Below are positions 49,768 to 58,959 of a stretch of 64,000 nt of DNA, piece after piece. A program made the position numbers and the translations under genes. Within the stretch, counting starts at the first letter, position 1. Every line of letters begins with the position of its first letter. The stretch comes from Armatimonadota bacterium (lineage in GTDB: Bacteria > Armatimonadota > SYMT01): positions 1-64,000 of the forward strand of contig JBKBRF010000035.1 of NCBI GenBank assembly GCA_046292385.1, read 5' to 3'. The notes under the pieces were generated by a model that was not told the origin of the DNA, made no database searches, and saw only the letters and a program-made list of their open reading frames with translations.

Positions 49768-50547
49768 CTACACCGCCATCCGCCGGAAGCGGAGCTCGCC
49801 GAGGCCGAGAAAGACCCCCACGTACGCCGCCGCGTAGCCCGCCAGCGCCAGCAGCACCCACGCCGGCACCGGCGGGTAGTTGTAGGCGGCGCGGGCGGAG
49901 AGATCGAAGAGGTCGAGGTGCGGGAGCACGAAGTAGAGCGCCTTCAGCGGGAGCTGGGCCGCGGGAGATGCCGCCTGGATGGTGTCCGCCAGGGTGCGCG
50001 CGAAGAGGGTCCAGCAGATCGTCAGCAGTCCGGAGAGGACGACCGTCGCCGCGGAAGTAACGAGCAGCGAGAGGGCCATCGTGAGCGCCGCGATCGGCCC
50101 GAACGAGAGCGCCCGCGCGGCGAGATACTGGAAGAAGATCGGCCCGATCTCCGCCTTGAACAGCGCCAGGGCGATCCAGCCGACCCCGGCCAGCACCAGC
50201 AGCGAGGCACACGAGAGGAGCCAGACCGCCACGAACTTGCCGAGCAGCACGTCGAAGCGGCGGACCGGACGCGCCAGGAGCGGGAAGAGCGTCCGCCGGC
50301 TCAGCTCCTCCGGCAGCTGCCGGGCGGCGAGCCAGATGCAGACCGCCGTGGCGAGGAAGTTGACGACGGTGAGGGTGATGTCGCGCAGGAACGTCTCCAC
50401 CCCGCGCACCCCGATCCGCGCCAAGAACGCCCCCGCGCCGAAGCTGAAGACGGCGAGCAGGGCAATGACGTAGAGGTCCTTGCGCCGGACCGTCTCTACC
50501 AGCGAGGCCCAGGCGATGACCCAGATGTGAACCGCGCGCTCTTTCAT
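49768..50547 (-). CDS. ABC-2 type transporter permease
   Basis: About 6 TM segments, EELSRRTLFPLLARPVRRFDVLLGKF. Confidence 0.85.
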   Translation of the reverse strand: MKERAVHIWVIAWASLVETVRRKDLYVIALLAVFSFGAGAFLARIGVRGVETFLRDITLTVVNFLATAVCIWLAARQLPEELSRRTLFPLLARPVRRFDVLLGKFVAVWLLSCASLLVLAGVGWIALALFKAEIGPIFFQYLAARALSFGPIAALTMALSLLVTSAATVVLSGLLTICWTLFARTLADTIQAASPAAQLPLKALYFVLPHLDLFDLSARAAYNYPPVPAWVLLALAGYAAAYVGVFLGLGELRFRRMAV

Positions 50548-50564
50548 CGTTTGGAACCCAGCGA

Positions 50565-51455
50565 TCAAGAAACCTGGTGGACGAAGTACTCTTCCAACGC
50601 GCCTTCGCGCTCGCCGGCGTCGAGCAGCTCCGCGTCCGGCTCCCGCAGGGAGTCGAGTGCCGCCCGCCACTCCGGGAGCGAGCTGAACTCCGCCTCCCAG
50701 AGGTCGCCCTTCCGCTCCGCCGCGAACCGCGGCACCGCCGCCGAGCGGAAGCGGATCCAGTAGCGGCGCAGGTCGCGCAGGAGCTCGTCGACCTTCCGCT
50801 CGTCCCGCACGCGCCCGCGATGCACCAGGATCACCCGGTCGCAGAGCTGCGCCACCTCGGTCAGCTCGTGAGAGGAGAAGAAGAGGGTCACGCCTTTCCG
50901 CTTCTGCTCCAGCAGCAGGTCGCGCAGGTCGCGCCGGCCGAGGGGGTCGAGACCGCTGCTCACCTCGTCCAGGATCAGCAGCTGCGGGTCGCCCAGCAGC
51001 GACTGCGCGATGCCGACGCGCTGCAGCATGCCCTTGGAGAAGCCCTTCAGGCGGTCCCGCTCGCGCCCGCGCAGCCCGACGCGCTCCAGCAGCTCCGCGC
51101 TCTGGCGGCGGGTCTCCTCCGCGGTGAGCCCGGCCAGGCGCCCGTACATCCAGAGCGTCTCCTGCGGGGTGAGCCAGGGGTAGTAGAGCGCGACTTCGGG
51201 CAGGAAGCCGACACGCCGCCGCGCCTCCGGGCTGCCCGCGGGCTGGCCCAGCAGCCGGGCCTCGCCGCCGGACGGGGTGACGAAGCCCATCACCGCCTTG
51301 ATCGTCGACGACTTGCCCGCGCCGTTCGGACCGATGAACCCGACCACTTCCCCCGGCGCCACGTGGAACGTGAGGCCGTTCACCGCCTGGTGCGGCTTGC
51401 GCCCCCAGCCGCGGCGGTAGGTAATCTGTAGATCTCTTGCCTCTAACGCCGTCAT
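50565..51455 (-). CDS. ABC transporter ATP-binding protein
   Basis: GPNGAGKS, FSKGMLQR, LILDE, SSH. Confidence 0.93.
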   Translation of the reverse strand: MTALEARDLQITYRRGWGRKPHQAVNGLTFHVAPGEVVGFIGPNGAGKSSTIKAVMGFVTPSGGEARLLGQPAGSPEARRRVGFLPEVALYYPWLTPQETLWMYGRLAGLTAEETRRQSAELLERVGLRGRERDRLKGFSKGMLQRVGIAQSLLGDPQLLILDEVSSGLDPLGRRDLRDLLLEQKRKGVTLFFSSHELTEVAQLCDRVILVHRGRVRDERKVDELLRDLRRYWIRFRSAAVPRFAAERKGDLWEAEFSSLPEWRAALDSLREPDAELLDAGEREGALEEYFVHQVS

Positions 51456-51749
51456 CAGTCGCTCTATTCGTGTGTCACTCCGCATCGGACCGAGCGAGAA
51501 CGGGTAGAGCCTTTCATGCCCGGCTGCTCCAGCTCGCCGACTTTCCCTTGCTCCCACCCGGTCCGAAAAGTCCCGGCGGGATTATCGGTGAGAAAGTCCG
51601 ACTTCTGGAGTAGGGAGGCGCGCCGTTAGAGAGCGCCCGTAGAACTACTCAGCGAGCGTGCGGGGAGGACCGGCCGTCGTAAGCGGCGAAGCGGTCCCCG
51701 TGCCGAGGCTCCACTGGTGGAATCCGGCTCACGCTCTTCCTCCAGCTTC

Positions 51750-53510
51750 ATGAATCATCGATCGCCGCTCCCCGTGTCTGTTGCCGTCCTGCTCACTGCC
51801 ATAACGATTGCCGCCGGTGCCGCCGCCGCTCCTCGCGCGAAGGCAAAGCCTGCACGGGCCTCCGGTAAGGCCACCGCGCCCAAGGCGCGCCGCGTGCTCG
51901 ACGTGGAAAAGCTGCGCATCGTTACCGCCAGCCCGCGTCCCAATGCGATCCCGACGTGCGACGTACTGGTGATGGGGGGCGGCCTGGGCGGCGTGGCGGC
52001 GGCGGAGGCGCTGGCGAAGCAGGGGCGCACCGTGATCCTGGCGGAGCCGACCTCCTGGCTCGGAGGTCAGCTCACCTCCCAGGGCGTCTCCCTGCCGGAC
52101 GAGAACTCCTACATCGAGCAGAATCCGGGGGTCGGCACCCAGGCGTACCGCTCGCTCCGGGAGGAGCTGCGCGCGAAGTATGCCGCGATGCCGGGGATCA
52201 AGCCGGGGCGAGAGAAGAGCGTCGGCGTGGCGTGGGTGAGTCGCATCACCGGTGAGCCGGCGGTCTGGGAAGAGGTGATCCGCGCCCGCCTGGACGCGCT
52301 GCGGGGCTCCTCCGGCATCCGCGAGATCCACACCCGTACCCAGCTCGTGGAAGTGAAGCGGTTCCCTCACAACAACCGCTACCAGTACGCCGACCTGGTC
52401 CACCTCGATACCGGCCGGATTACGCGCGTGGCGGCGCGGTACCTGCTCGACGCGACCGAGCTGGGAGACGGCGTCGCCCTGGCAGGATCGCCGTGGACGG
52501 TCGGCGCGGAGGCCCGCTCCGCCTACGGGGAGCCGCACGCGCCGGAGACGGCCCGGCCGGACTGGATCCAGAGCTTTACCTACTGCTTCGCCGTGCGGTG
52601 GCAGCCGGAAGGCCCGCACCGCATCGTGGAGAAGCCGGCGGAGTACGAGTACTTCAAGTCGCTCGGCGAGTACACCCTGGGGTACGACTACATCGACCGT
52701 GGCCGGATCTTCTACAAGGTCTTCGAACGGGTGCCCGGCGCGGGCGGCCCGTTCTGGACCTACCGCCGGATCATTGCCGCCTCCAGCTTCGCGAACAATC
52801 CGAAGTACGCGCAGGACCTGGCGCTCATCAACTGGCGGGGCAACGACTTCCACGAAGAGAACCCGATCGGCAAGCCGCTGGAGGAGCAGGTCCGCATCCT
52901 GAAGCGCGCCAAGGACTTTGCGCAGGGCTTCCTCTACTGGCTCCAGACCGAGTGCCCGCGCGACGATGGCAGCGGGGTCGGCTATCCGGAGATGCAGCTC
53001 GCTGCGGACGCGATGGGCACCGCGGACGGCTTCGCGATGTACCCCTACATCCGGGAGTCGCGCCGGATCAAGGGCCAGTTCACGCTGACCGAGCAGCACC
53101 TGGCGCCCGATCCGGAGAACCCGGAGAAGAAGTGGGGCGAGGAGTTCTTCGATACGGTCGGCATCGCGCTCTATTCGATGGACATCCATCCTTCCAAGGG
53201 CGAGCCGCCGTTCCTCTCCCGCGCGCTGCCGTACCACCTCCCGCTTGGCTCGTTCATCCCGCGCTCCGGGCCGGACAACGTGCTGCCCGCCGCCAAGAAC
53301 TTCGGCGCCAGCCGGCTGGCGCTCTCCTCGGCCCGCATGCACCCCACCGAGTGGCTGGCCGGCGAGGTGGCGGGTCACCTGGCGGCGTTCTGCCTGGGCC
53401 ACCGCGTGCGACCGGAAGAAGTCCGCGGCCAGCCGGAGCTGCTGCGGAAGTTCCAGACGCAGCTGGAGCAGGGCGGCGTGCCTCTGCGCTGGAGCGAGAT
53501 CATCAAGTAA
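51750..53510 (+). CDS. Secreted FAD-dependent oxidoreductase
   Basis: Signal peptide, DVLVMGGGLGGVAAA, LGGQLTSQGVS, DATELGD, PYIRESRRI, RMHPTEW. Confidence 0.85.
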   Translation: MNHRSPLPVSVAVLLTAITIAAGAAAAPRAKAKPARASGKATAPKARRVLDVEKLRIVTASPRPNAIPTCDVLVMGGGLGGVAAAEALAKQGRTVILAEPTSWLGGQLTSQGVSLPDENSYIEQNPGVGTQAYRSLREELRAKYAAMPGIKPGREKSVGVAWVSRITGEPAVWEEVIRARLDALRGSSGIREIHTRTQLVEVKRFPHNNRYQYADLVHLDTGRITRVAARYLLDATELGDGVALAGSPWTVGAEARSAYGEPHAPETARPDWIQSFTYCFAVRWQPEGPHRIVEKPAEYEYFKSLGEYTLGYDYIDRGRIFYKVFERVPGAGGPFWTYRRIIAASSFANNPKYAQDLALINWRGNDFHEENPIGKPLEEQVRILKRAKDFAQGFLYWLQTECPRDDGSGVGYPEMQLAADAMGTADGFAMYPYIRESRRIKGQFTLTEQHLAPDPENPEKKWGEEFFDTVGIALYSMDIHPSKGEPPFLSRALPYHLPLGSFIPRSGPDNVLPAAKNFGASRLALSSARMHPTEWLAGEVAGHLAAFCLGHRVRPEEVRGQPELLRKFQTQLEQGGVPLRWSEIIK

Positions 53511-53586
53511 GCCCGTCGATGCAGCACCCGCCGCTTCTGCCGGATACTGCATTCAAAGGTCGGCAACCAGTGAGAAGGGAGCTTGC

Positions 53587-54102
53587 ATGATGGTTCGAAG
53601 TCTGGCGCTCACCCTGGCGGTCGGGGCGGCGGTGCTCTCCGCCGGGTCCGCGACCGCGAACGACGCGGTGAAGAAGGCGATCGGAGGTCGCTACAAGCAG
53701 TACGAGCAGGCCTACCAGAAGCGGGACGTTCCCGCGATGATGAAGCTGACCACCTCCGACTTCGTGGTGCACCTGCCCGGCGGCCGGAAATTCACCCGGA
53801 AGCAGGCGGAGACGGAGCTGAAGTCGCAGTTCCAGATGCTGCCGGCGGGCGGCAGTTTCTCGGTGACGATCCGGAAGGTCGAGCTGAAGGGCGCCCAGGC
53901 CACCGTGATCGCCGCGGAGCGAGCGAAGCACACGCTGGCCGGACCGGACGGCAAGAAGATGCCGGTCCTCATCGCGTCCGAGAGCCGGGACGTCTGGGTG
54001 AAGAAGGGGAGCCAGTGGCTGCTGAAGAGCTCCACCATGCTGAACCAGAAGATCACCTCCAACGGCAAGCCGGTGCCGATCCCCACGCCCGCAGGCGGGT
54101 AA
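53587..54102 (+). CDS. Secreted NTF2-like (DUF4440-type) protein
   Basis: Signal peptide, AYQKRDVPAM..TSDF, SRDVWVKKGSQWLL. Confidence 0.75.
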   Translation: MMVRSLALTLAVGAAVLSAGSATANDAVKKAIGGRYKQYEQAYQKRDVPAMMKLTTSDFVVHLPGGRKFTRKQAETELKSQFQMLPAGGSFSVTIRKVELKGAQATVIAAERAKHTLAGPDGKKMPVLIASESRDVWVKKGSQWLLKSSTMLNQKITSNGKPVPIPTPAGG

Positions 54103-54112
54103 CGATCTCCGG

Positions 54113-54147
54113 AGCCGGGAGCTGCAGAACCGACGCGGCTCCCGGCT
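54113..54147. terminator. Hairpin between convergent genes
   Basis: AGCCGGGAGC..GCTCCCGGCT 10-bp stem. Confidence 0.6.
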
Positions 54148-54793
54148 ACTGCCGCGCCCGTTCGGACGCGTGCGGTCCCGCTTCAGCGGTCTGATCTCCG
54201 TTGCTGTCCCACGTGATTACCCGGTAGAGCCACCAGAGCGCGATGCCGCCCAGGATGACCCAGGTGGCGGGCGTGAGGTAGTGCTCCACCGCCTGGTAGT
54301 TCCGCCCCAGAAGCGTCCCGAGCCACGCGAGCACGCCGCTCCAGATGGTGGTCCCCGCCGCGGTGCAGAGCAGGAACGGAGCCAGGTGCATCCGGGCCGT
54401 CCCCGCGGGGATCGAGACGAGCGAGCGGATCCCCGGCACCAGCCGCGCGAAGAAGACGACCGCGCCGCCGTACCGGTCGAACCACTCCCGCGCCTGGTCG
54501 ATCTCCTTCGGGGAAATCGCCAGCCACCGGCCATGCCGCTCCGTCCACGCGCGCAGCCGGTCCGGGCCGACGGTCCGCCCCAGGTAGTAAAGCGGGAGCT
54601 GCCCCACCAGGGAACCGAGGGCGCCGGCGGCGATTACCGCCCAGAGGGAGAAGTCGCCGCGCACCGTCAGGAAGCCGGCCAGCGGCATGATCAGCTCGGA
54701 GGGCACGGGCGGAAAGACGTTCTCCAGGAACATGAGGACCGCGACTCCGATCAGCCCCATGCTCCGCACCGTGTCGACGATCCACTCGAACAT
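54146..54793 (-). CDS. dedA: DedA family membrane protein
   Basis: MFLENVFPPVPSELIMPLAGF, FARLVPGIRSLVSIPAG. Confidence 0.92.
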   Translation of the reverse strand: MFEWIVDTVRSMGLIGVAVLMFLENVFPPVPSELIMPLAGFLTVRGDFSLWAVIAAGALGSLVGQLPLYYLGRTVGPDRLRAWTERHGRWLAISPKEIDQAREWFDRYGGAVVFFARLVPGIRSLVSIPAGTARMHLAPFLLCTAAGTTIWSGVLAWLGTLLGRNYQAVEHYLTPATWVILGGIALWWLYRVITWDSNGDQTAEAGPHASERARQ

Positions 54794-54856
54794 CCGCGTC
54801 TGCCTTCCCTCGCGGTGAGCCACATCTAGCGTTCCCTACCCGGCCCACCCAGACGC

Positions 54857-54876
54857 CAAAACGGCCGCGGGAGAGC
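54857..54876 (+). repeat. Left 20-bp direct repeat bounding Rhs island
   Basis: CAAAACGGCCGCGGGAGAGC identical to 60185-60204. Confidence 0.85.
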
Positions 54877-54996
54877 GCCTCTCGCCCGAACCGCCGCGCT
54901 TCGAGCGGCAGGTGATCGCGAGAGAACCAAGAACTTTTCAAGACAACGGTTTGCTGTAAAGTGAACCGACCGAGGGCGCGAGGCCGAGCACGGCAA

Positions 54997-55104
54997 TACG
55001 TCGGTCGATGGATCCGATGCGACCTACACGACGCCGATCCAATGGAGCTTCGCGCGGGCCTACGCTCTGGAAATGCGGAGCAGAGACGATGGTTAAACCG
55101 GTAG
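54997..55104 (+). pseudogene. Relic C-terminus of an Rhs metallopeptidase toxin
   Basis: YVG...HDADPMELRAGLRSGNAEQRRWLNR* aligns with YVG...HDANPMEIDADIRSGNSENNRWLNP* of the 55641-56669 toxin. Confidence 0.8.
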
Positions 55105-55475
55105 CAAGTCTCCTCAAGCTGGACGGCGCCTCTACGCTACCGAGATACAAGCGGTCCGTTGCTTCCCTCGCGGCGGCGTTCACCTGTGCATGCGTGCTTA
55201 CCAGCTGCGCGAAAACAATCCATCTGGAGATTCACAATCAGCTGCGGGGCCCGGTCGAAGTGGTGAAGGTGACCTGGAGAGGTCAGCGGGTTTTGGGGAC
55301 GGTCCCAGCAGGCGGAACTACACGCTTTCGCTCCGCGTTCGCGAGCGGCAACAAGCCGTATCACGTAGTCTTCCGACATGCGCGTGGCAAGACGGTCGGA
55401 GAAGAGTACCGCACGTCTGCCGAAGTGCACGACCGCCTGACGAGCGATAACACCTGGATCATCAATCTTCGCTAA
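55089..55475 (+). CDS. Putative immunity lipoprotein, copy 1
   Basis: MVKPVA start overlapping toxin stop, lipobox LTSC, paralog of 56654-57058 (IHL..HN.L..PVEVV, PYHVV, HD.LT.DNTWII.LR). Confidence 0.75.
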   Translation: MVKPVASLLKLDGASTLPRYKRSVASLAAAFTCACVLTSCAKTIHLEIHNQLRGPVEVVKVTWRGQRVLGTVPAGGTTRFRSAFASGNKPYHVVFRHARGKTVGEEYRTSAEVHDRLTSDNTWIINLR

Positions 55476-55565
55476 TCAGCCGCGTCGTACTCGGTTCTGA
55501 ACGACACCGTCGGCCCCATCCACGCTGTGCTGGAGTCCGTGAGCTCCGGGGCCCGCAAGTTCGCG

Positions 55566-55640
55566 CCGGTCGAACTCGGCAGACGCGGTGACCCGCAGTA
55601 CCCCTGATTTGGGTGGCTGAAAGCGTCCGGAAGCTGGCCG
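55566..55640 (+). mobile_element. Small ISAzo13 transposase remnant
   Basis: VELGRRGDPQYP/LIWVAESVRKLA matches VDPVTRGDPESPLVWVAKSTRALA in the 59 kb IS relic. Confidence 0.6.
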
Positions 55641-56669
55641 ACGACGCTGGCCTGGGACTACAACCAGAAGCTGACCGGGATCACCTACCCGAACAGCACC
55701 ACCAACAGCTTCGTCACCAACGATCTCGGCAAGCGGGTTAGCAAGACCGACAGCGGCGGGACCACCACGTACCTCTTCGACGGCGACGGCGTGGTGGCGG
55801 ACAGCCGCGCCGACTACACCCGGGGCGGCGTGACCGGCCTGATCAGCGAGCGGGAGGGCAGCACCACCCGGACCCACCACGGCGATCAACTCGGCAGCAC
55901 GCGGGGACTGACGGACGGCACGCAGAGCGTCACCCACAGCCGGGAGTACGACGCCTTCGGGATGACGGTCGGTGGCACCGGGCTTCCCACTCCGTTCGGG
56001 TTCGTGGGCGGGCAGGGGTACCAGAAGGATCCGGACAGCGGCTTGATGCTGCTGGGAGCCAGGTACTACGACCCGAGCGTGGGGAGGTTCATCAGTCGAG
56101 ATCCGATGGGGTGCGGCGGCGGCGATCCCAATCTGTACCGATACTGCGCCAACAATCCGGTTGCGGCGACGGATCCCAGTGGCGAGGCTGCAATTGTCAT
56201 CGCAGCGCTCGTCGTCCTGGCGGTCGTCTTCGTCGTTACGAGTAGTGGACAAATCGATGAGAGCGAAGGTTGGTCGAAATTCGGTGAGTCGGTCTGGAAC
56301 GGGCTGAACAATGCGATAGGCGCAGTCGCTAGTATCGGAGGAAGTGGATACTATGATGAGCAGCGAGACGTGTTCATCGTAGAAGGAGGCTGGGGGTCGT
56401 ACGTCAACAGCGATGTGATGGGCTACGGTGGGATCACCCTCGGTGACGTTATCATCGTGCCCGACCTCAGAAAGCTCAATGATGTGATCGATCATGAAAT
56501 GATCCATGTGGAACAGAGCAGGGTGCTTGGCCCACTTTATCTTCCTGCTTACGTTGGCGGTGCAATCGAGGGATGGCGAAACGGCGAGGCACATGACGCC
56601 AATCCGATGGAGATTGATGCCGACATTCGCTCGGGGAATTCGGAGAATAATCGATGGCTAAACCCGTAG
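55641..56669 (+). pseudogene. Orphan Rhs module 1: 5'-truncated Rhs core + TM/HEXXH metallopeptidase-like C-terminal toxin
   Basis: Rhs frame open upstream of the listed GTG; HGDQLGS, YDAFG, GARYYDPSVGRFISRDP, NLYRYCANNPV..DPSG; tip contains HEMIHVEQ and NPMEIDA. Confidence 0.88.
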
Positions 56670-57058
56670 CCCCCTCGGGGCAGGCTCGACAGAAATGCCT
56701 CTCCTGCCCCGTTGACACTCTGCGTCGGATCTCAGGTGCTGTCACACGCGCGCTCAGTGCGTTAGCTCTCGCCGTAGCTCTCGCTGGATGTCAGAAGTGC
56801 ATTCACTTGCAAGTTCATAACCACCTGAAAACACCCGTTGAGGTGGTAACTGCAACACCCAAAAGAAGTGTCGTGGAGGGCATCGTCCTCCCGGGCGGGT
56901 CAGTTCGCTTCAAGTGCGCATTCCTGGGTGGACCGGGTCCGTATCACGTAGTCCTACGGGATCCTGGCGGAAAGAAAATACGCGAAGAGCGGCGTACGCC
57001 CGCGGAGCTTCACGACCACCTGACTCGAGATAACACGTGGATAATTGATCTCAGGTAA
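56654..57058 (+). CDS. Putative immunity lipoprotein, copy 2 (cognate to Rhs module 1)
   Basis: Overlaps toxin stop; lipobox LAGC; paralog of 55089-55475. Confidence 0.78.
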   Translation: MAKPVAPSGQARQKCLSCPVDTLRRISGAVTRALSALALAVALAGCQKCIHLQVHNHLKTPVEVVTATPKRSVVEGIVLPGGSVRFKCAFLGGPGPYHVVLRDPGGKKIREERRTPAELHDHLTRDNTWIIDLR

Positions 57059-57263
57059 TTGATTCCATTTAGGCTGCGCCACAGGCTCGGGTATCAACCG
57101 GCAGAAAGTGTCGAGCCATGGCCATGGACGCGTGCCGGATGGAGCGCCAAGAAATCGCTCATTCGCGGTTTCCGAATCAGGTTTCCCTAGCGTCTCCGGT
57201 GTAATCCTTAGGAGAAACTGAAGCCGCCCGCGCCAGTTCAGGGCGGAGAGGATCCGGACGAAA

Positions 57264-58447
57264 GGCGTCACGGAGAGCTGCACCTACGGAGACAACAACC
57301 AGTTCCTGACGGCGGGGAGCAAGAGCTACGGGTACGACAACGCCGGCAACCTGACGAGCGTCACCCAGAACAGCCAGACCACCACGCTTGCCTGGGACTA
57401 CAACCAGAAGCCCACCGGGATCACCTATCCGAACAGCACGACCAACAGCTTCGTCACCAATGATCTAGGGAAGCGGGTCAGCAAGACCGACAGCGCTGGC
57501 AACACGACCTACCTCTTCGATGGCCACGATGTGGTGGCGGACAGCCGCGCGGACTACACCCGGGGCGGTGTCACCGGCCTGATCAGCGAGCGAGAAGGCA
57601 CCACCACTCGCACCTACCATGGCGACCAGCTCGGCAGCACGCGGGGTCTCACGAGCAGCAGCCAGAGCGTCACGCATAGCCGGGATTACGACGCCTTCGG
57701 GATGACGGTCGGCGGTACCGGGCTACCCACCCCGTTCGGGTTCGTCGGCGGGCAGGGGTACCAAAAGGACCCGGACAGCGGCCTGATGCTGCTGGGGGCG
57801 AGGTACTACGACCCGAGCGTGGGGAGGTTCATCAGCCGGGACCCGATCGGGTACGCGGGCGGGCTGAACCTTTATGGTTACTGTGGGAACAATCCGGTAG
57901 GCGCCTCTGATCCGTCCGGCCTGATATCGCCCGAGGGGATCCTCGGCGGTCTCTTGGGAGGAGGGGTCGCGGCTATCGCGTTCGCAGGATCACCGTTCCT
58001 GATCCCCGCCGTTGTTGTTGGTGCGGCCGTAATGACCGGGTGGGCAGTCTACAACGCATCCGGCGGTGACACTAACCGCGCCATGGGGAAGCAGCCGAAG
58101 CCGGCATGATCGCCCACAGCGTCGCCACGACCGCGCAAAGTGTCGGCGATGGTCTGCGTGGGATAGATGTGTATCGAGTCTGGGGCAACAAGTCACACCC
58201 CTATGGACGCTCATGGACACGAGTGAATCCATCGGACGTCAAGAATTACCGCGATAGTGCCGGCCTACCAGACGTCAACAGCGGCGAGTACATCAGTCAC
58301 GGTCGCATCATAGATCCGTCCGGCATCGAGATCACAGGTGCCAGTCCGCTCGACGGGAACGCCGGTGGGCTCGACGAGCTCATTGTCCCTAACTCCGTGA
58401 AGCAGATTGAACTCATCGGAGTTCACATGCCCGACAATGCATTATGA
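57264..58447 (+). pseudogene. Orphan Rhs module 2: truncated core + frameshifted C-terminal toxin
   Basis: YGYDNAGNLTS YD repeats, near-copy of module 1 core to DPSG; adding one G at the 58085-58088 run joins 57531-58109 with 58106-58447. Confidence 0.85.
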
Positions 58448-58854
58448 GCGAAGCTAGCGCGCGCGTTCCGGATTTCATCCTAGCGTCAACGGAGCAGTTT
58501 GATTTTCGGTTTCCAACCAAGTGCTTTCGACTTTTTCGAGTTGGTGGTCAAACACGTGACGACTATCTCATCGTCGAACTTGATCCGCCAGTGGCCTATA
58601 CCCACGACTCTGAATCGCGAATTCTTCGGAGAGTGCTAATCGCTTCACGACACCTACACCGAGGGCTCTTTCCAGTGACGCACTGGCCGACCGCTGTATA
58701 CGTCTGCGAGTTGCTAACCAACCCGCTTCCAGGCGCAAGGTTACTTCCAACGGAGTATTCGCTGATCGCCTGGGCGGAGATCTATCCGTCTGTGGAGTCG
58801 GCAATCGAGTCTATGCGCCGGACATATGGCGATAACTGGCAGGATCCTGAGTGA
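58444..58854 (+). CDS. Putative cytoplasmic immunity protein for Rhs module 2
   Basis: ATGA coupling to toxin stop, low GC, 136 aa, no signal peptide. Confidence 0.75.
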   Translation: MSEASARVPDFILASTEQFDFRFPTKCFRLFRVGGQTRDDYLIVELDPPVAYTHDSESRILRRVLIASRHLHRGLFPVTHWPTAVYVCELLTNPLPGARLLPTEYSLIAWAEIYPSVESAIESMRRTYGDNWQDPE

Positions 58855-58959
58855 TCGGCGCCGCCGGATCGTAGAATGCGGGTAAATCGTGCCTGGGTCT
58901 ATGGAGCCGTCAGTCTATAGCTCAATCCCGCTTGGTTGCTGGTTGAGGGCGAGCGAGTG

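Noticed and set aside
51560..51745. Structured RNA between the ABC and FAD oxidoreductase genes
   Set aside because: Stems (GAGTAG/CTACTC, GGACCG/CGGTCC) are short and match no family I recognise
55476..56594. 372-aa minus-strand ORF
   Set aside because: Antisense to the Rhs module; no independent coding evidence
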